Positions 46,945-56,793 are shown, counted from the stretch's first letter. The stretch: 64,000 bases of DNA from Patescibacteria group bacterium (GCA_038323715.1 JBBQHF010000001.1:45549-109548); one strand, 5' to 3'. Numbers and translations are program-made. Notes: generated by a model not told the origin, from the sequence alone.

Positions 46945-48381
46945 ATGAATATTCCAGATTACGTAAAAAATACAGTTAGCGCCCTCAAAGAAGGGCGCTT
47001 TGAAGCTTATATAGTCGGTGGTTGCGTGCGCGATTTTTTAATGGGGAAAGAGCCAAAGGATTGGGATATTACCACTAATGCTAAACCGGAGGAAGTATTA
47101 AAAATATTTGCTGATGCTAAATATGAAAATGATTTTGGCACCGTGTTGCTTCCAATTAGAGCAGACGGAAAAGTGAAGGATGTTTTAGAAATTACTACTT
47201 ACCGTAGCGAACAAGGGTATTCTGATAGGCGCCATCCCGATATTGTTTTATTTGAAGACAAGCTTGATAAAGATTTGGAGCGTCGTGATTTTACAATTAA
47301 TGCTCTAGCGCTTGACCCGTCTCATCCAGAAGATATTGTAGATTTTTTTGGTGGGCGTAAAGATATTAAAGCAAAAATTATTCGCGCTGTCGGCGAACCG
47401 TCTGATAGATTTAAAGAAGATGCCTTGCGGATGTTAAGGGCGATTCGTTTTAGTTCTCAGCTAGACTTTGAACTAGAACCAAAAACTCAAAGAGGAATTT
47501 TAAAGTTAGCTGGAAGTTTAAAATTTGTTTCTAAAGAAAGAATAAAAGATGAGCTTATAAAAATATTAGCCTCCCCTCGACCGGCAGAAGGGATTATGCT
47601 TTTACATGATTGTAAATTATTACAATATATTATCCCAGAATTAGAACAAGGAGTTGATGTTAAACAAGATAGACACCATATTTATAATGTTTTTAAGCAT
47701 AATGTTTTAGCTTTAAAAAATTGTCCTAGTTCCGATTGGCAGGTTAGATTTGCCGCTTTGCTTCATGATGTTGCTAAGCCAAAAACCAGAAAGATAATAG
47801 ATAATATTGCTACTTTTTATAATCATGAATATTTAGGGGCAAAAATGGTGGAGAAAATAATGTCTCGTCTCAAATTTTCTAATGAAGATAGAATTCGGGT
47901 TGTAAATCTTGTTAAGAACCACATGTTTTATTATAATGTGGGAGAGGTTACTGCCGCTTCAGTGAGGCGTTTGATTGTTAAAGTGGGACGTGAGAATTTA
48001 AAAGATTTGATAGATTTACGTATAGCTGATAGACTTGGTTCGGGCACCCCTAAAGCGATGCCCTATAAATTGCGCCATTTACAATATATGATGGAAAAGG
48101 TGCAAAATGATCCCGTGTCTGTTAAAATGTTAAAAATTAACGGCGATGATTTAATAGAGGTTTTGGGAGTTAATCCAGGACCGAAGATTGGCGCTATCTT
48201 AGACGTATTATTAGGTGACGTCTTAGAGAATCCAGATTTAAATGAAAGTGTAGAATTAATTAAGCGCGCTAAGGAATTAGATAAATTAAATTTAGAAGAG
48301 TTGCGTATTAAAGCCAAAGAGGTGATAGCAGAAAAAAGACAAGCAGAAGATACGCATATTAAAAGACAATATAAAGTATAA
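46945..48381 (+). CDS. cca: CCA-adding tRNA nucleotidyltransferase with HD domain
   Basis: GGCVRDFLMG...DWDITT nucleotidyltransferase head and a downstream HD motif (LLHDVAK). Confidence 0.8.
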   Translation: MNIPDYVKNTVSALKEGRFEAYIVGGCVRDFLMGKEPKDWDITTNAKPEEVLKIFADAKYENDFGTVLLPIRADGKVKDVLEITTYRSEQGYSDRRHPDIVLFEDKLDKDLERRDFTINALALDPSHPEDIVDFFGGRKDIKAKIIRAVGEPSDRFKEDALRMLRAIRFSSQLDFELEPKTQRGILKLAGSLKFVSKERIKDELIKILASPRPAEGIMLLHDCKLLQYIIPELEQGVDVKQDRHHIYNVFKHNVLALKNCPSSDWQVRFAALLHDVAKPKTRKIIDNIATFYNHEYLGAKMVEKIMSRLKFSNEDRIRVVNLVKNHMFYYNVGEVTAASVRRLIVKVGRENLKDLIDLRIADRLGSGTPKAMPYKLRHLQYMMEKVQNDPVSVKMLKINGDDLIEVLGVNPGPKIGAILDVLLGDVLENPDLNESVELIKRAKELDKLNLEELRIKAKEVIAEKRQAEDTHIKRQYKV

Positions 48382-48407
48382 TTAATAATTTAAATAAAGT
48401 TTAAAGT

Positions 48408-49175
48408 ATGAAGAAAGTTTTGTTTTTTTTGGCCCTAATCATTGTGGCCGGAAGTTTGTCTGCTTGTACAGCGGAGACTAATGAAAGTGTAAAAAATAAT
48501 GCCGAGGTTGATAATTATAAAATCAATTCTTTGGAAAGTGCTAATAATAATTTAGAAAATAATAATGTCGGCTTAATCTCAAATGAGACCCCAATTGTTT
48601 CTAACGAAACAAACGCAACAGCTGCGGGTCAAGGTGATTCTGTCGCTAATAACCCTATGAGAACCTTAGACAATCAAACCGATTTAGTTAAGGAATATTC
48701 CCAAGCAATTTTTAAAACCAGCTTAGGAAATATTACGGTTAAATTTTACGGGGAAGACTCCCCCATCACGGTTAATAATTTCATGAATTTAGCCCAAAGT
48801 GGATTTTATAACGGTACCAAATTTCACCGCATTATTACCGATTTTATGATTCAAGGTGGAGACCCAAATAGTAAAGAGGCTGATACTAGTATGTATGGCA
48901 CTGGTGGCCCTGGTTATAAATTTGCCGATGAATTTAACAATCATAAATTAGTCGCTGGTTCTTTGGCAATGGCTAATGCTGGGCCAGGGACTAATGGTTC
49001 TCAGTTCTTTATTGTAACTGCCACTGAGACGCCATGGTTGGATGGTCATCACACTAACTTCGGAGAAGTGACCAAAGGGATGGATATTGTTAAAAAGATT
49101 GAAGGGGTGGGGACTGACGCTCGAGATGTTCCAACTACTCCAGTGGTCGTTAATTCTATTGAATTAGTAAAATAA
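48408..49175 (+). CDS. Cyclophilin-type peptidyl-prolyl cis-trans isomerase, lipoprotein
   Basis: Lipobox LSAC after a signal peptide. FHRIITDFMIQGGDP and GSQFFI cyclophilin motifs. Confidence 0.85.
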   Translation: MKKVLFFLALIIVAGSLSACTAETNESVKNNAEVDNYKINSLESANNNLENNNVGLISNETPIVSNETNATAAGQGDSVANNPMRTLDNQTDLVKEYSQAIFKTSLGNITVKFYGEDSPITVNNFMNLAQSGFYNGTKFHRIITDFMIQGGDPNSKEADTSMYGTGGPGYKFADEFNNHKLVAGSLAMANAGPGTNGSQFFIVTATETPWLDGHHTNFGEVTKGMDIVKKIEGVGTDARDVPTTPVVVNSIELVK

Positions 49176-49203
49176 TCAAACAATAGCTAGTTTTAAATAC
49201 GAA

Positions 49204-49234
49204 GTCACGAAATTATTTCGTGGCTTTTTGTTTT
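49204..49234 (+). terminator. Rho-independent terminator
   Basis: gtcacgaaat-t-atttcgtggc stem followed by tttttgtttt. Confidence 0.55.
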
Positions 49235-49244
49235 AGCTTTTTGT

Positions 49245-49273
49245 TTGACTTTGAAGTCTTTTTCTGTTAATAT
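49245..49273 (+). promoter_or_regulatory. Putative promoter of guaB (TTGACT-17-TAATAT)
   Basis: TTGACT at 49245-49250, a 17-nt spacer, and TAATAT at 49268-49273. Confidence 0.45.
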
Positions 49274-49279
49274 TTTTTG

Positions 49280-49297
49280 AATTGAAAAAATTCAATT
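49280..49297. promoter_or_regulatory. Perfect 7-4-7 palindrome AATTGAA-AAAA-TTCAATT, a candidate operator
   Basis: Inverted repeat starting 7 nt after the predicted -10 and upstream of the guaB RBS. Confidence 0.3.
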
Positions 49298-49338
49298 TTT
49301 ACAGTTATTTAACAATATAAATCTTAAAATCACAGATT

Positions 49339-50871
49339 ATGAATCAGACAGGTAAGTTTAAGGCAACAAGAAAATGTGACGCCTTCTTCAAAAAACAAAA
49401 TGATCAAGGCCTAGCCTTGGGTTTTGGAGATATTCGGCTTAGAACCGGATATTCAGACGTTCTTCCAGCAGAGACAGATTTGTCTTGCTCATTCTCTCGG
49501 AATATTCACTTGAATGTTCCAATTATTAGCTCACCAATGGATACGGTGACTGAGGCTAAGATGGCCATTGCTATGGCTAAGGTCGGTGGCCTCGGAATTA
49601 TTCATAAAAATTTGACTCCCGAGGAACAGGCCGCTCAAGTGGCTAAAGTTAAACATCATCTTAACGGTTTTATTGGCGACCCGATTTGTGTGAAGGGGAC
49701 TGATAAGGTCGGGGACATTTTAAGAATGAAGGAAAGAAAAGACTATGGGTTTTCTTCATTTCCAGTTGTTGATAAGGATAATCGTTTAGTCGGAATTGTT
49801 ACTAGTAATGATTTTGAGTTTTGCGATGACCCGGAAAACAAAACTATTTTTGAAATTATGTCATCAGACGTCACTACTTCTGAGCAGGTTGATGTGCGCG
49901 GTGCTTACCAAACTATGCAAGAAAAGCATAAGAAGATTTTACCTATTACAGATAGGAGCGGTCTTCTTTCTGGTATTTATACCTGGAAAGATGTGAAGCG
50001 TATTATCACAAATAACTCTTCTAATTTCAGCCTTGATAAAAACGGCAGCTTATTAGTTGGCGCTTCGATTGGCGTTAGTGATGAGGAAAAATTAAGGGCT
50101 GAATTATTAGCTGAAAAGGGCGTTGATGTTTTTGTAATTGATACCGCTCACGGAGATTCTAAGCGCGTAATGAAAATGGTAAAATTTCTTAATAAGAGAT
50201 TTTCTGGAATTGACATTGTCGCGGGAAATATCTCTGAAGGAGAATCTGCTAAACGATTATTGGATGCCGGAGTACATGGAATCAGGGTCGGTCAAGGACC
50301 GGGCTCAATCTGTACTACCAGAATTATTTCTGGGATTGGCCATCCTCAAGTTTCGGCTATTTACGAATGCGCTTTGGCTGTTCGTGGCTACGACATTCCA
50401 ATTTGTGCTGATGGCGGGATTGAATATCCGGGGGACATAACTGTTGCTTTGGGAGCAGGAGCTAATACGGTCATGTTGGGAAAGTTACTTGCCGGGACAA
50501 CAGAATCGCCCGGCTCAGTGATTTACCGAAATGGCAAAGCCGTGAAAGTTTACCGGGGTATGGGCTCTTTAGGCGCTATGCTGGACAACAAAGCTTCGCG
50601 CGAAAGGTACGGTCAGATTGGAAATACCAGCGACAAACTCGTGCCCGAGGGCGTCGAGGCCGAAATTGCTTTTAAAGGTGAAGTCGGAAATGTGCTTTTT
50701 CAACTTATTGGTGGTTTGCGCAGCGGCATGGGATATGTTGGCGCTCACTCATTACTTGAACTGAAAGAAAAGGCGGATTTTTGCCGCATGTCTACCTCCG
50801 GCTTAGCGGAGTCTCATCCTCACGGATTGGATTATGTAAAAGATGCGCCTAACTATACTTATACGCGCTAA
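49339..50871 (+). CDS. guaB: IMP dehydrogenase (with CBS pair)
   Basis: [30 protein letters not shown] (catalytic Cys loop), and a CBS-domain insertion. Confidence 0.85.
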   Translation: MNQTGKFKATRKCDAFFKKQNDQGLALGFGDIRLRTGYSDVLPAETDLSCSFSRNIHLNVPIISSPMDTVTEAKMAIAMAKVGGLGIIHKNLTPEEQAAQVAKVKHHLNGFIGDPICVKGTDKVGDILRMKERKDYGFSSFPVVDKDNRLVGIVTSNDFEFCDDPENKTIFEIMSSDVTTSEQVDVRGAYQTMQEKHKKILPITDRSGLLSGIYTWKDVKRIITNNSSNFSLDKNGSLLVGASIGVSDEEKLRAELLAEKGVDVFVIDTAHGDSKRVMKMVKFLNKRFSGIDIVAGNISEGESAKRLLDAGVHGIRVGQGPGSICTTRIISGIGHPQVSAIYECALAVRGYDIPICADGGIEYPGDITVALGAGANTVMLGKLLAGTTESPGSVIYRNGKAVKVYRGMGSLGAMLDNKASRERYGQIGNTSDKLVPEGVEAEIAFKGEVGNVLFQLIGGLRSGMGYVGAHSLLELKEKADFCRMSTSGLAESHPHGLDYVKDAPNYTYTR

Positions 50872-50897
50872 AATAAAAACCAAAAAAAAGTTAAGAA

Positions 50898-52454
50898 ATG
50901 AAAAATCTGTATGAAAGAATTAGGTTATTTTTAACCTTTATTATTAATGAATTCTGGCTGCTCTCTGTTAACTGTCTCCAGTTCGGTGATACCGGAAAGG
51001 GAAAGTTCGTTGATTTGTTGGCTAGACTAGCGAACATAATTGTTCGTTGTACTGGCGGTGATAATGCTGGGCACACCGTAATCTGCAAAGGTCAGGAAAA
51101 AGTTTTCCACCTTATTCCTTCGGGAATTATTCATGATGTTGATGGTAAAATAAATATTATTGCTACCGGAGCAGTCATTTACCCAAAAACGTTAATAGAT
51201 GAAGTTAAAACTCTTCAGGCTAGTGGCATACCATGTAAAAACTTAAGGATTTCTTTAAAAGCTAAACTGATTATGCCTTACCATATTGTTTTAGACAGGA
51301 TTAGTGAAGCTAAAGCAGGTTCTAGTAAAATTGGTACAACGGGGAAAGGCATCGGTCCTACCTATGAGTATCATGTTGCCCGACGTGGCTTGATTATGAA
51401 CGATCTCTTAAACCCTGAGGTTTTTAAAAGAAAACTTAAAAAGGCCGTTGAGCATGCTAAAAAAGTTTTAGCTTCATATGATCCGTCTTTGGTCAAAGAA
51501 ATAATGGTCCATGAACATTTAGAGTTCGGTGCTTATTACCAAGAGCAAAATTTATTTGATCTTGATGCTATTGCTGAAAAGTATTTAGCCTACGGAGACT
51601 TTTTGAGTCCCTATATTCTGGATACCGATAAATTTTTGCAAGAAAGTGTTGGAAAAAAGAGGATTCTTTTGGAGGGCGCTCAAGGCTATTTGTTGAGCGT
51701 TGATAATGGAACATATCCTTATGTAACATCTTCCGACTGTTCGCACACCGGTCTTTTGAAAGGAGCTGGCTTGGAAAATTATCAAGTTGATGCTGCATTC
51801 GGGATTATAAAAGGTTTCTATATGACCAGAGTCGGTGGCGGGCCTTTCCCTACTGAAATGGGCGGGGAAGAATCTGATAAGTGGTGTAATGGCGGAGTCG
51901 CTACTCGTCAGTTGGAATTAGAAAAATATCCCAATGCGGATATTAATGATGAAGATCCAATGAATCAAGGAGTGGCCTTACGACGCGTTGCCAATGAGTA
52001 TGGCGCCACTACAGGTCGTCCTCGAAGAACTGGTTGGCTAGATTTACCGTTACTTCGTTATTCTCTTCGCTCTGGGGCTAATGAGATAATCATGACAAAA
52101 CTTGATGTTCTAACGGGCATTGAAAAAATAAAAATTTGTTATGCTTATGAATACCAGCCAGCTACTCTTTATCCTGTTTACCAGTTCGGAAACAAACTAT
52201 TAAGTTCTGGGGTTATTCTCTATGAAGCTATTATTGACCCTGAAGTTCTCCAATATTGCAAACCACTTTATCGGGAATTTCCTGGTTGGACTGAAGACAT
52301 TAGCAAGGTGAGGGATGTGAAGAGTTTGCCGCAAAATTTGATTGATATTCTGAAATACATTTTTTGGGAAAATAATCTTAATTGTAATTTAAGAATTATA
52401 TCAGTCGGACCAGCGCCAGACGACACAATCTTCGTTGGTGATGATGAAATTTAA
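50898..52454 (+). CDS. purA: Adenylosuccinate synthetase
   Basis: QFGDTGKGK (P-loop GDEGKGK variant), GTTGKGIGP, GTTGRP motifs. The N-terminal roughly 20 aa are atypical, so the start is uncertain. Confidence 0.8.
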   Translation: MKNLYERIRLFLTFIINEFWLLSVNCLQFGDTGKGKFVDLLARLANIIVRCTGGDNAGHTVICKGQEKVFHLIPSGIIHDVDGKINIIATGAVIYPKTLIDEVKTLQASGIPCKNLRISLKAKLIMPYHIVLDRISEAKAGSSKIGTTGKGIGPTYEYHVARRGLIMNDLLNPEVFKRKLKKAVEHAKKVLASYDPSLVKEIMVHEHLEFGAYYQEQNLFDLDAIAEKYLAYGDFLSPYILDTDKFLQESVGKKRILLEGAQGYLLSVDNGTYPYVTSSDCSHTGLLKGAGLENYQVDAAFGIIKGFYMTRVGGGPFPTEMGGEESDKWCNGGVATRQLELEKYPNADINDEDPMNQGVALRRVANEYGATTGRPRRTGWLDLPLLRYSLRSGANEIIMTKLDVLTGIEKIKICYAYEYQPATLYPVYQFGNKLLSSGVILYEAIIDPEVLQYCKPLYREFPGWTEDISKVRDVKSLPQNLIDILKYIFWENNLNCNLRIISVGPAPDDTIFVGDDEI

Positions 52455-52478
52455 ATAAAGTTCATTTAACATTGTAGA

Positions 52479-52510
52479 GCCGGTAGCTAACATGCTGCCG
52501 GTTTTTTCTT
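52479..52510 (+). terminator. Rho-independent terminator after purA
   Basis: gccggtagc-taacat-gctgccggt stem with one G-U, followed by ttttttctt. Confidence 0.55.
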
Positions 52511-52540
52511 GTCCAAATTATGTTATTTAGGCTCACCAGC

Positions 52541-52568
52541 TTGAAATTATACCTAAAAACGTTATAAT
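52541..52568 (+). promoter_or_regulatory. Putative promoter of the nifS-nifU operon (TTGAAA-16-TATAAT)
   Basis: TTGAAA at 52541-52546 and TATAAT at 52563-52568. Leaves a roughly 135-nt leader before the nifS start. Confidence 0.45.
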
Positions 52569-52707
52569 TAGATTACTTATAAATTAACTGAGTAGTAATA
52601 ATAATTTTGGAGTGAATATGATTTCGTACAGCAAAAACGAATAAAAAGAGTTTTTGCGCCAGAAATCATCCTGAACGGAAAAATATCATTACTACGCAAA
52701 TTTACAT

Positions 52708-53862
52708 ATGCAAGTATATTTAGATAATGCCGCTACAACCAAAGTAGACCCGCGGGTATTCAGTAAAATGGAGCCCTATTTTACCAAAGATTATGGTAAT
52801 CCCTCATCTATCCATAATCTCGGCCAAAGTGCCTTCAGTGCCCTTATGAAGGCCAAAGAAAGGGTCGCAAAAATCATAGGCGGAGAAGCAAATGGTGTTA
52901 TTTTTACCTCCGGGGCAACTGAATCAAATAACTTAATAATTAAGGGAGTCGCCCTGGCTAACAGGACAGATAAAAAAAATAAAATTATAGTTTCCGGGAT
53001 TGAGCATCCTTGTGTGATGGAATCAGCTAAGTTTTTGGCGCGCGAAGGGTTTAAGGTTGAGTTTATTCCAGTGAGTAAAGAGGGAATAATTGAGCCAGGG
53101 GAGTTGGAAAAAATTATAGATAAAGAAACAATTCTAGTTTCCGTTATGGCGGTTAATAATGAGATTGGGACCATTCAAGATATTGCAGCGCTCGCAAAAA
53201 TTGCTCATGCTCATGGCGCTTATTTCCATACTGACGCCGTGCAGGCCGTGCCATATTTAAAGCTGGATATAAAAAAAATGGGCATTGATTTTATGAGTTT
53301 ATCGGCTCATAAATTTTATGGACCTAAAGGCGTGGGGATGGCTTATATAAATCGTAAAGTAAAAGTTAACCCGATGATTATTGGCGGCGGGCAAGAGGAT
53401 AATTTACGCTCCGGAACTTATAATATGCCGGGCATAATTGGTTTTACAGAAGCTTTAGAATTAGCTTACAAAGATAGAGATATTTATTTAAAGAAAGTTA
53501 CTGGTTTGCGTGATTATTTTTGGAAAAAAATTCAAACAGAAATTCCCGAAGTTCGTCTTAATGGAAGCCTGAAAAAAAGAGTTCCGGCTAATTTAAATAT
53601 TATGTTCGGTTATATTGAGGGCGAAGCGATTTTAATGGATTTATCGCAAAAGGGAATTCAGGTATCTACTGGCTCAGCTTGTTCCGCTTCTGATTTACGG
53701 GCGTCTTACGTTTTAAAATCAATGGGGCTAGATAAAAATTTCTTAAATAGTAATATTCGTTTTTCTTTTGGGAGGTTTAATAATAAAGAAGGGTTAGACT
53801 ACACTATCAAATCTTTGAAGGCCACGGTTAAAAGACTAAGAAGCTTCTCGCCAATTGTTTAA
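52708..53862 (+). CDS. nifS: Cysteine desulfurase (NifS/IscS class)
   Basis: MQVYLDNAATTKVDP start, PLP-lysine region SAHKFYGPKG, and the SGSACSS active-site Cys loop. Confidence 0.85.
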   Translation: MQVYLDNAATTKVDPRVFSKMEPYFTKDYGNPSSIHNLGQSAFSALMKAKERVAKIIGGEANGVIFTSGATESNNLIIKGVALANRTDKKNKIIVSGIEHPCVMESAKFLAREGFKVEFIPVSKEGIIEPGELEKIIDKETILVSVMAVNNEIGTIQDIAALAKIAHAHGAYFHTDAVQAVPYLKLDIKKMGIDFMSLSAHKFYGPKGVGMAYINRKVKVNPMIIGGGQEDNLRSGTYNMPGIIGFTEALELAYKDRDIYLKKVTGLRDYFWKKIQTEIPEVRLNGSLKKRVPANLNIMFGYIEGEAILMDLSQKGIQVSTGSACSASDLRASYVLKSMGLDKNFLNSNIRFSFGRFNNKEGLDYTIKSLKATVKRLRSFSPIV

Positions 53863-53928
53863 TAGTCTAGACAAAATCTTATTTTTTAATTATAATAGTT
53901 TAATAATTTATTTTAATTTGTATTATAT

Positions 53929-54426
53929 ATGGCACTTAATTATACTAAGAAAACTTTAGATAATTTTTTGAAGCCGAAAAATATCGGCAAGATAGCTAAC
54001 CCTGATGGTTATGCTCAAATTGGAAATATGGTTTGCGGTGACCAGCTTGATTTTTTTCTGAAAGTTGAAAAAGGGAAGATTAAAGATGTAAAATTTTTAT
54101 CTTTTGGTTGTGCTTCTAATATTGCCACTGCTTCGGTTATGACCGAGAAGGTAAAGGGGATGACTATTGCAGAAGCTAAAGCATATCCTTGGCAGAAAAT
54201 TGTTGATGATTTAGGCGGCTTGCCCCATCAGAAGGTCCATTGTTCAGTCATGGCAGTTGATGGGTTAAGAAAAGCGATTGCTGATTATGAAAAAAGATTA
54301 GAAACCGAGCCAGCCAAGAAAAGTGTTGCTAAAAAAACGGTCGCCAAAAAGGTAGTCTCAAAAAAGATTATGAAAAAAGCGCCTATTAAAAAAGTAGTTA
54401 AAACTAAAAAGGCAATTAAAAAATAA
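53929..54426 (+). CDS. nifU: Fe-S cluster scaffold NifU/IscU-like with a lysine-rich C-terminal tail
   Basis: GNMVCGDQLDF...FLSFGCASNIATAS...HCSVMAV (three scaffold Cys). The C-terminal about 36 aa is a KKxxAKK repeat tail. Confidence 0.8.
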   Translation: MALNYTKKTLDNFLKPKNIGKIANPDGYAQIGNMVCGDQLDFFLKVEKGKIKDVKFLSFGCASNIATASVMTEKVKGMTIAEAKAYPWQKIVDDLGGLPHQKVHCSVMAVDGLRKAIADYEKRLETEPAKKSVAKKTVAKKVVSKKIMKKAPIKKVVKTKKAIKK

Positions 54427-54435
54427 ACACAAACT

Positions 54436-54467
54436 AAAAACACTCCCGATTAGGGGAGTGTTTTTTT
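54436..54467. terminator. Bidirectional intrinsic terminator between convergent nifU and RRM genes
   Basis: aaaaa-cactccc-gattag-gggagtg-ttttttt: a perfect 7-bp GC-rich stem with an A-run and a T-run on either side. Confidence 0.7.
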
Positions 54468-54490
54468 GTATTTTCAATCTGTTGATTTTA

Positions 54491-54748
54491 TTAGAATCTT
54501 TTTTCTAGAGGACGAGCTTCATTAACAACTACTCTACGTCCGTCTAACTCTTGATTGTTGTACATCGCAATTGCATTGTCTGCATCTGCGTCATCTTCCA
54601 TTTCTACAAAACCAAAGCCTTTTGAGCGATGAGTCATGCGGTCGGAAATGATAACGGCTGAGAGCACTTTTCCCGCTTTTGAAAAAGCTTCAGAAAGTCC
54701 CTCGTCGGTAGTCTTGAAAGACAAGCCGCCGATAAATAATTTTTTCAT
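54491..54748 (-). CDS. RRM-type RNA-binding protein
   Basis: RNP2 KLFIGGLSF and RNP1 KGFGFVEM motifs. 85 aa. Confidence 0.8.
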   Translation of the reverse strand: MKKLFIGGLSFKTTDEGLSEAFSKAGKVLSAVIISDRMTHRSKGFGFVEMEDDADADNAIAMYNNQELDGRRVVVNEARPLEKRF

Positions 54749-54852
54749 CTTGTGTGTGACTAAACTTTTTTATAAATGTAAGACGACCTTTAATTAAAGA
54801 AAAAGGCAGATTAGAACCCGCATTTTCTTTAAAAATTGCTTACCTGTAAAGC

Positions 54853-54881
54853 ATTATATCCGATTTTTAAAAATAAGTCAA
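54853..54881 (-). promoter_or_regulatory. Consensus sigma70 promoter (TTGACT-17-TATAAT) driving the RRM protein gene
   Basis: Reverse complement reads TTGACT-tatttttaaaaatcgga-TATAAT. Leaves a roughly 100-nt 5' UTR. Confidence 0.55.
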
Positions 54882-54914
54882 TATTGGGATTTAACTAATA
54901 AAATTACGAAATCG

Positions 54915-54944
54915 CAAAAAAACAGAGCCTCTAAGGCCCTGTTT
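54915..54944 (-). terminator. Rho-independent terminator after rplA
   Basis: aacagagcc-tctaa-ggccctgtt stem with one mismatch, followed on the minus strand by a U-run (the A7 run at 54915-54921). Confidence 0.5.
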
Positions 54945-54964
54945 TCGTATATTTTGGTAAGGTA

Positions 54965-55705
54965 TTAAAGAGAAACTTTTACACCAGCGCTCATAGAAGA
55001 GGCAATGCTAACGTTTTTAATGAAAGTGCCCTTTGATGATGTCGGCTTTGTTTTTCTGATAGTATCAATTAATGATTGATAGTTTTCTACTAATTTAGGA
55101 TTTTCAAAACTAACCTTTCCGATAACAGCATGTAAATTTCCCGTGTCGTCATTTTTGAAACTAATTTTACCTTTTTTTAGCTCGGCGATTGTTTTAACGG
55201 GGTTCATCGTTACGGTATCATTTTTTGGAGAAGGCATTAAGCCTCTGGTTCCTAAAATTTTAGCGATAACAGCTAGATTTTTCATCATTCCTGGTTCAGC
55301 AATAGCAACTTGAAAATCAGTTTTTTCAGTCTTTTTAATTTCAGCAATTAAGTCTTCGCCCCCAACGATATCTGCACCCGCGTCTTTAGCAGCCTTTTCA
55401 TTCTCGGAAGAAACAAAAGCAGCAATTTTCACAGTCTTTCCAGTTCCGTGTGGTAGACTAACCGCTCCACGTACTTGTTGATCACCCTTCTTAGTATTAA
55501 TTCCTAAGCGAACATGAATTTCTACAGAAGCGTCAAATTTAGTTTTAGTTAATTTCTTAACAATTTCCAAAGCCTCTTCAATAGAATAGCTTTTATTCTT
55601 ATCGTAAATTGCTGAGTTATCAGCGACCTTCTTAACGGTTTTAACAACCACCTTTTTAGTAGATGTTTTTTTAGGCTTTTCAACGATTTCTTTGTCTTTT
55701 TTCAT
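54965..55705 (-). CDS. rplA: 50S ribosomal protein L1 (with a lysine-rich N-terminal extension)
   Basis: L1 core including GTGKTVKIAAF. An extra Lys-rich segment of about 30 aa precedes the conserved L1 N-terminus. Confidence 0.9.
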   Translation of the reverse strand: MKKDKEIVEKPKKTSTKKVVVKTVKKVADNSAIYDKNKSYSIEEALEIVKKLTKTKFDASVEIHVRLGINTKKGDQQVRGAVSLPHGTGKTVKIAAFVSSENEKAAKDAGADIVGGEDLIAEIKKTEKTDFQVAIAEPGMMKNLAVIAKILGTRGLMPSPKNDTVTMNPVKTIAELKKGKISFKNDDTGNLHAVIGKVSFENPKLVENYQSLIDTIRKTKPTSSKGTFIKNVSIASSMSAGVKVSL

Positions 55706-55764
55706 ATTGTTTTTTCGTGGTCAAACGTCTTTTTGTAAAAAAGAGACTTCCACAATTAAATTAA

Positions 55765-56190
55765 TTATTTTTTTATTTCTACGCCCATTTGTCTGGCTGT
55801 GCCCGCAATAATATTTTTTGCCGCTTCAATGTCATTAGCATTTAAATCAGGCATCTTTACTAAAGCGATTTCTTCCAATTGTTTTTCAGTAATAGAACCA
55901 ATTTTTTCGGTTAATGGTTTGCCTGAACCTTTTTTGATTCCGGCCGCTTTTTTGATTAATTCGCTCGCTGGTGATGTTTTTAGAATGAAATCATAACTTC
56001 TATCCTCATAAACAGTAATTTCAACTGGGATAACTTCTCCCATCTTGTCCTTAGTTTTATCATTGAACTGTCTGCAAAATTCAGCAATATTTAGACCATG
56101 TTGGCCTAAAGCTGGACCGACTGGAGGAGCTGGGTTAGCTTGTCCGCCGGCAATCTGCAATTTAATCTTTGTCTTTATTTTCTTTGCCAT
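55765..56190 (-). CDS. rplK: 50S ribosomal protein L11
   Basis: [28 protein letters not shown]. Confidence 0.9.
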   Translation of the reverse strand: MAKKIKTKIKLQIAGGQANPAPPVGPALGQHGLNIAEFCRQFNDKTKDKMGEVIPVEITVYEDRSYDFILKTSPASELIKKAAGIKKGSGKPLTEKIGSITEKQLEEIALVKMPDLNANDIEAAKNIIAGTARQMGVEIKK

Positions 56191-56241
56191 ATTAATTGAT
56201 TATTTTCTGACGTAGAAGCATCGCCAGTATTTGTAAATTTT

Positions 56242-56787
56242 TTAAACTTTTTTAATCTGTAAGAAATCAAGTTCTACCGGAGTTTCACGGCCAAAGAGGG
56301 AAACAGAAACTTTAACTTTTCCTTTGGCTTCGTCAACGGAAGTAACTTTACCTTCCATGTTTTTAAACGGACCTTCGTTGATTTTAACCGGAGAACCAAT
56401 AATAACATCAATTTGGAATTTAGGATCTTCAACGCCCATTCTTTTCTGTAGGGCCTTTACCTCAGCCTCGCCAATCGGGGTAGGGATGGTACCAGTGCCA
56501 ATAAATCCAGTAACATTTGGAGTATTTCTAACAATATACCAAGATTCATCGGTCACCATCATTTCTACTAAAATATATCCAGGAAAGATTTTCTCTTCAA
56601 CGACCTTACGTTTACCATTTTTAATTTTAATTTTTTTCTCAGTTGGAATTAAAATATTAAATATTTTATCTTCCATGTCCAAGGACTCAACCCTTTGCTT
56701 AAGGTTTTGAGCGACATTTTCTTCGTAGCCGGAATAAGTATGAATAACATACCAGCGACGGCCTTGGTTTAAAAGTTGCTTGGCCAT
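56242..56787 (-). CDS. nusG: Transcription antitermination factor NusG
   Basis: RWYVIHTYSGYEENV (NGN domain) and C-terminal KOW motif GKVKVSVSLFGRETPVELDF. Confidence 0.85.
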   Translation of the reverse strand: MAKQLLNQGRRWYVIHTYSGYEENVAQNLKQRVESLDMEDKIFNILIPTEKKIKIKNGKRKVVEEKIFPGYILVEMMVTDESWYIVRNTPNVTGFIGTGTIPTPIGEAEVKALQKRMGVEDPKFQIDVIIGSPVKINEGPFKNMEGKVTSVDEAKGKVKVSVSLFGRETPVELDFLQIKKV

Positions 56788-56793
56788 ATTGTT

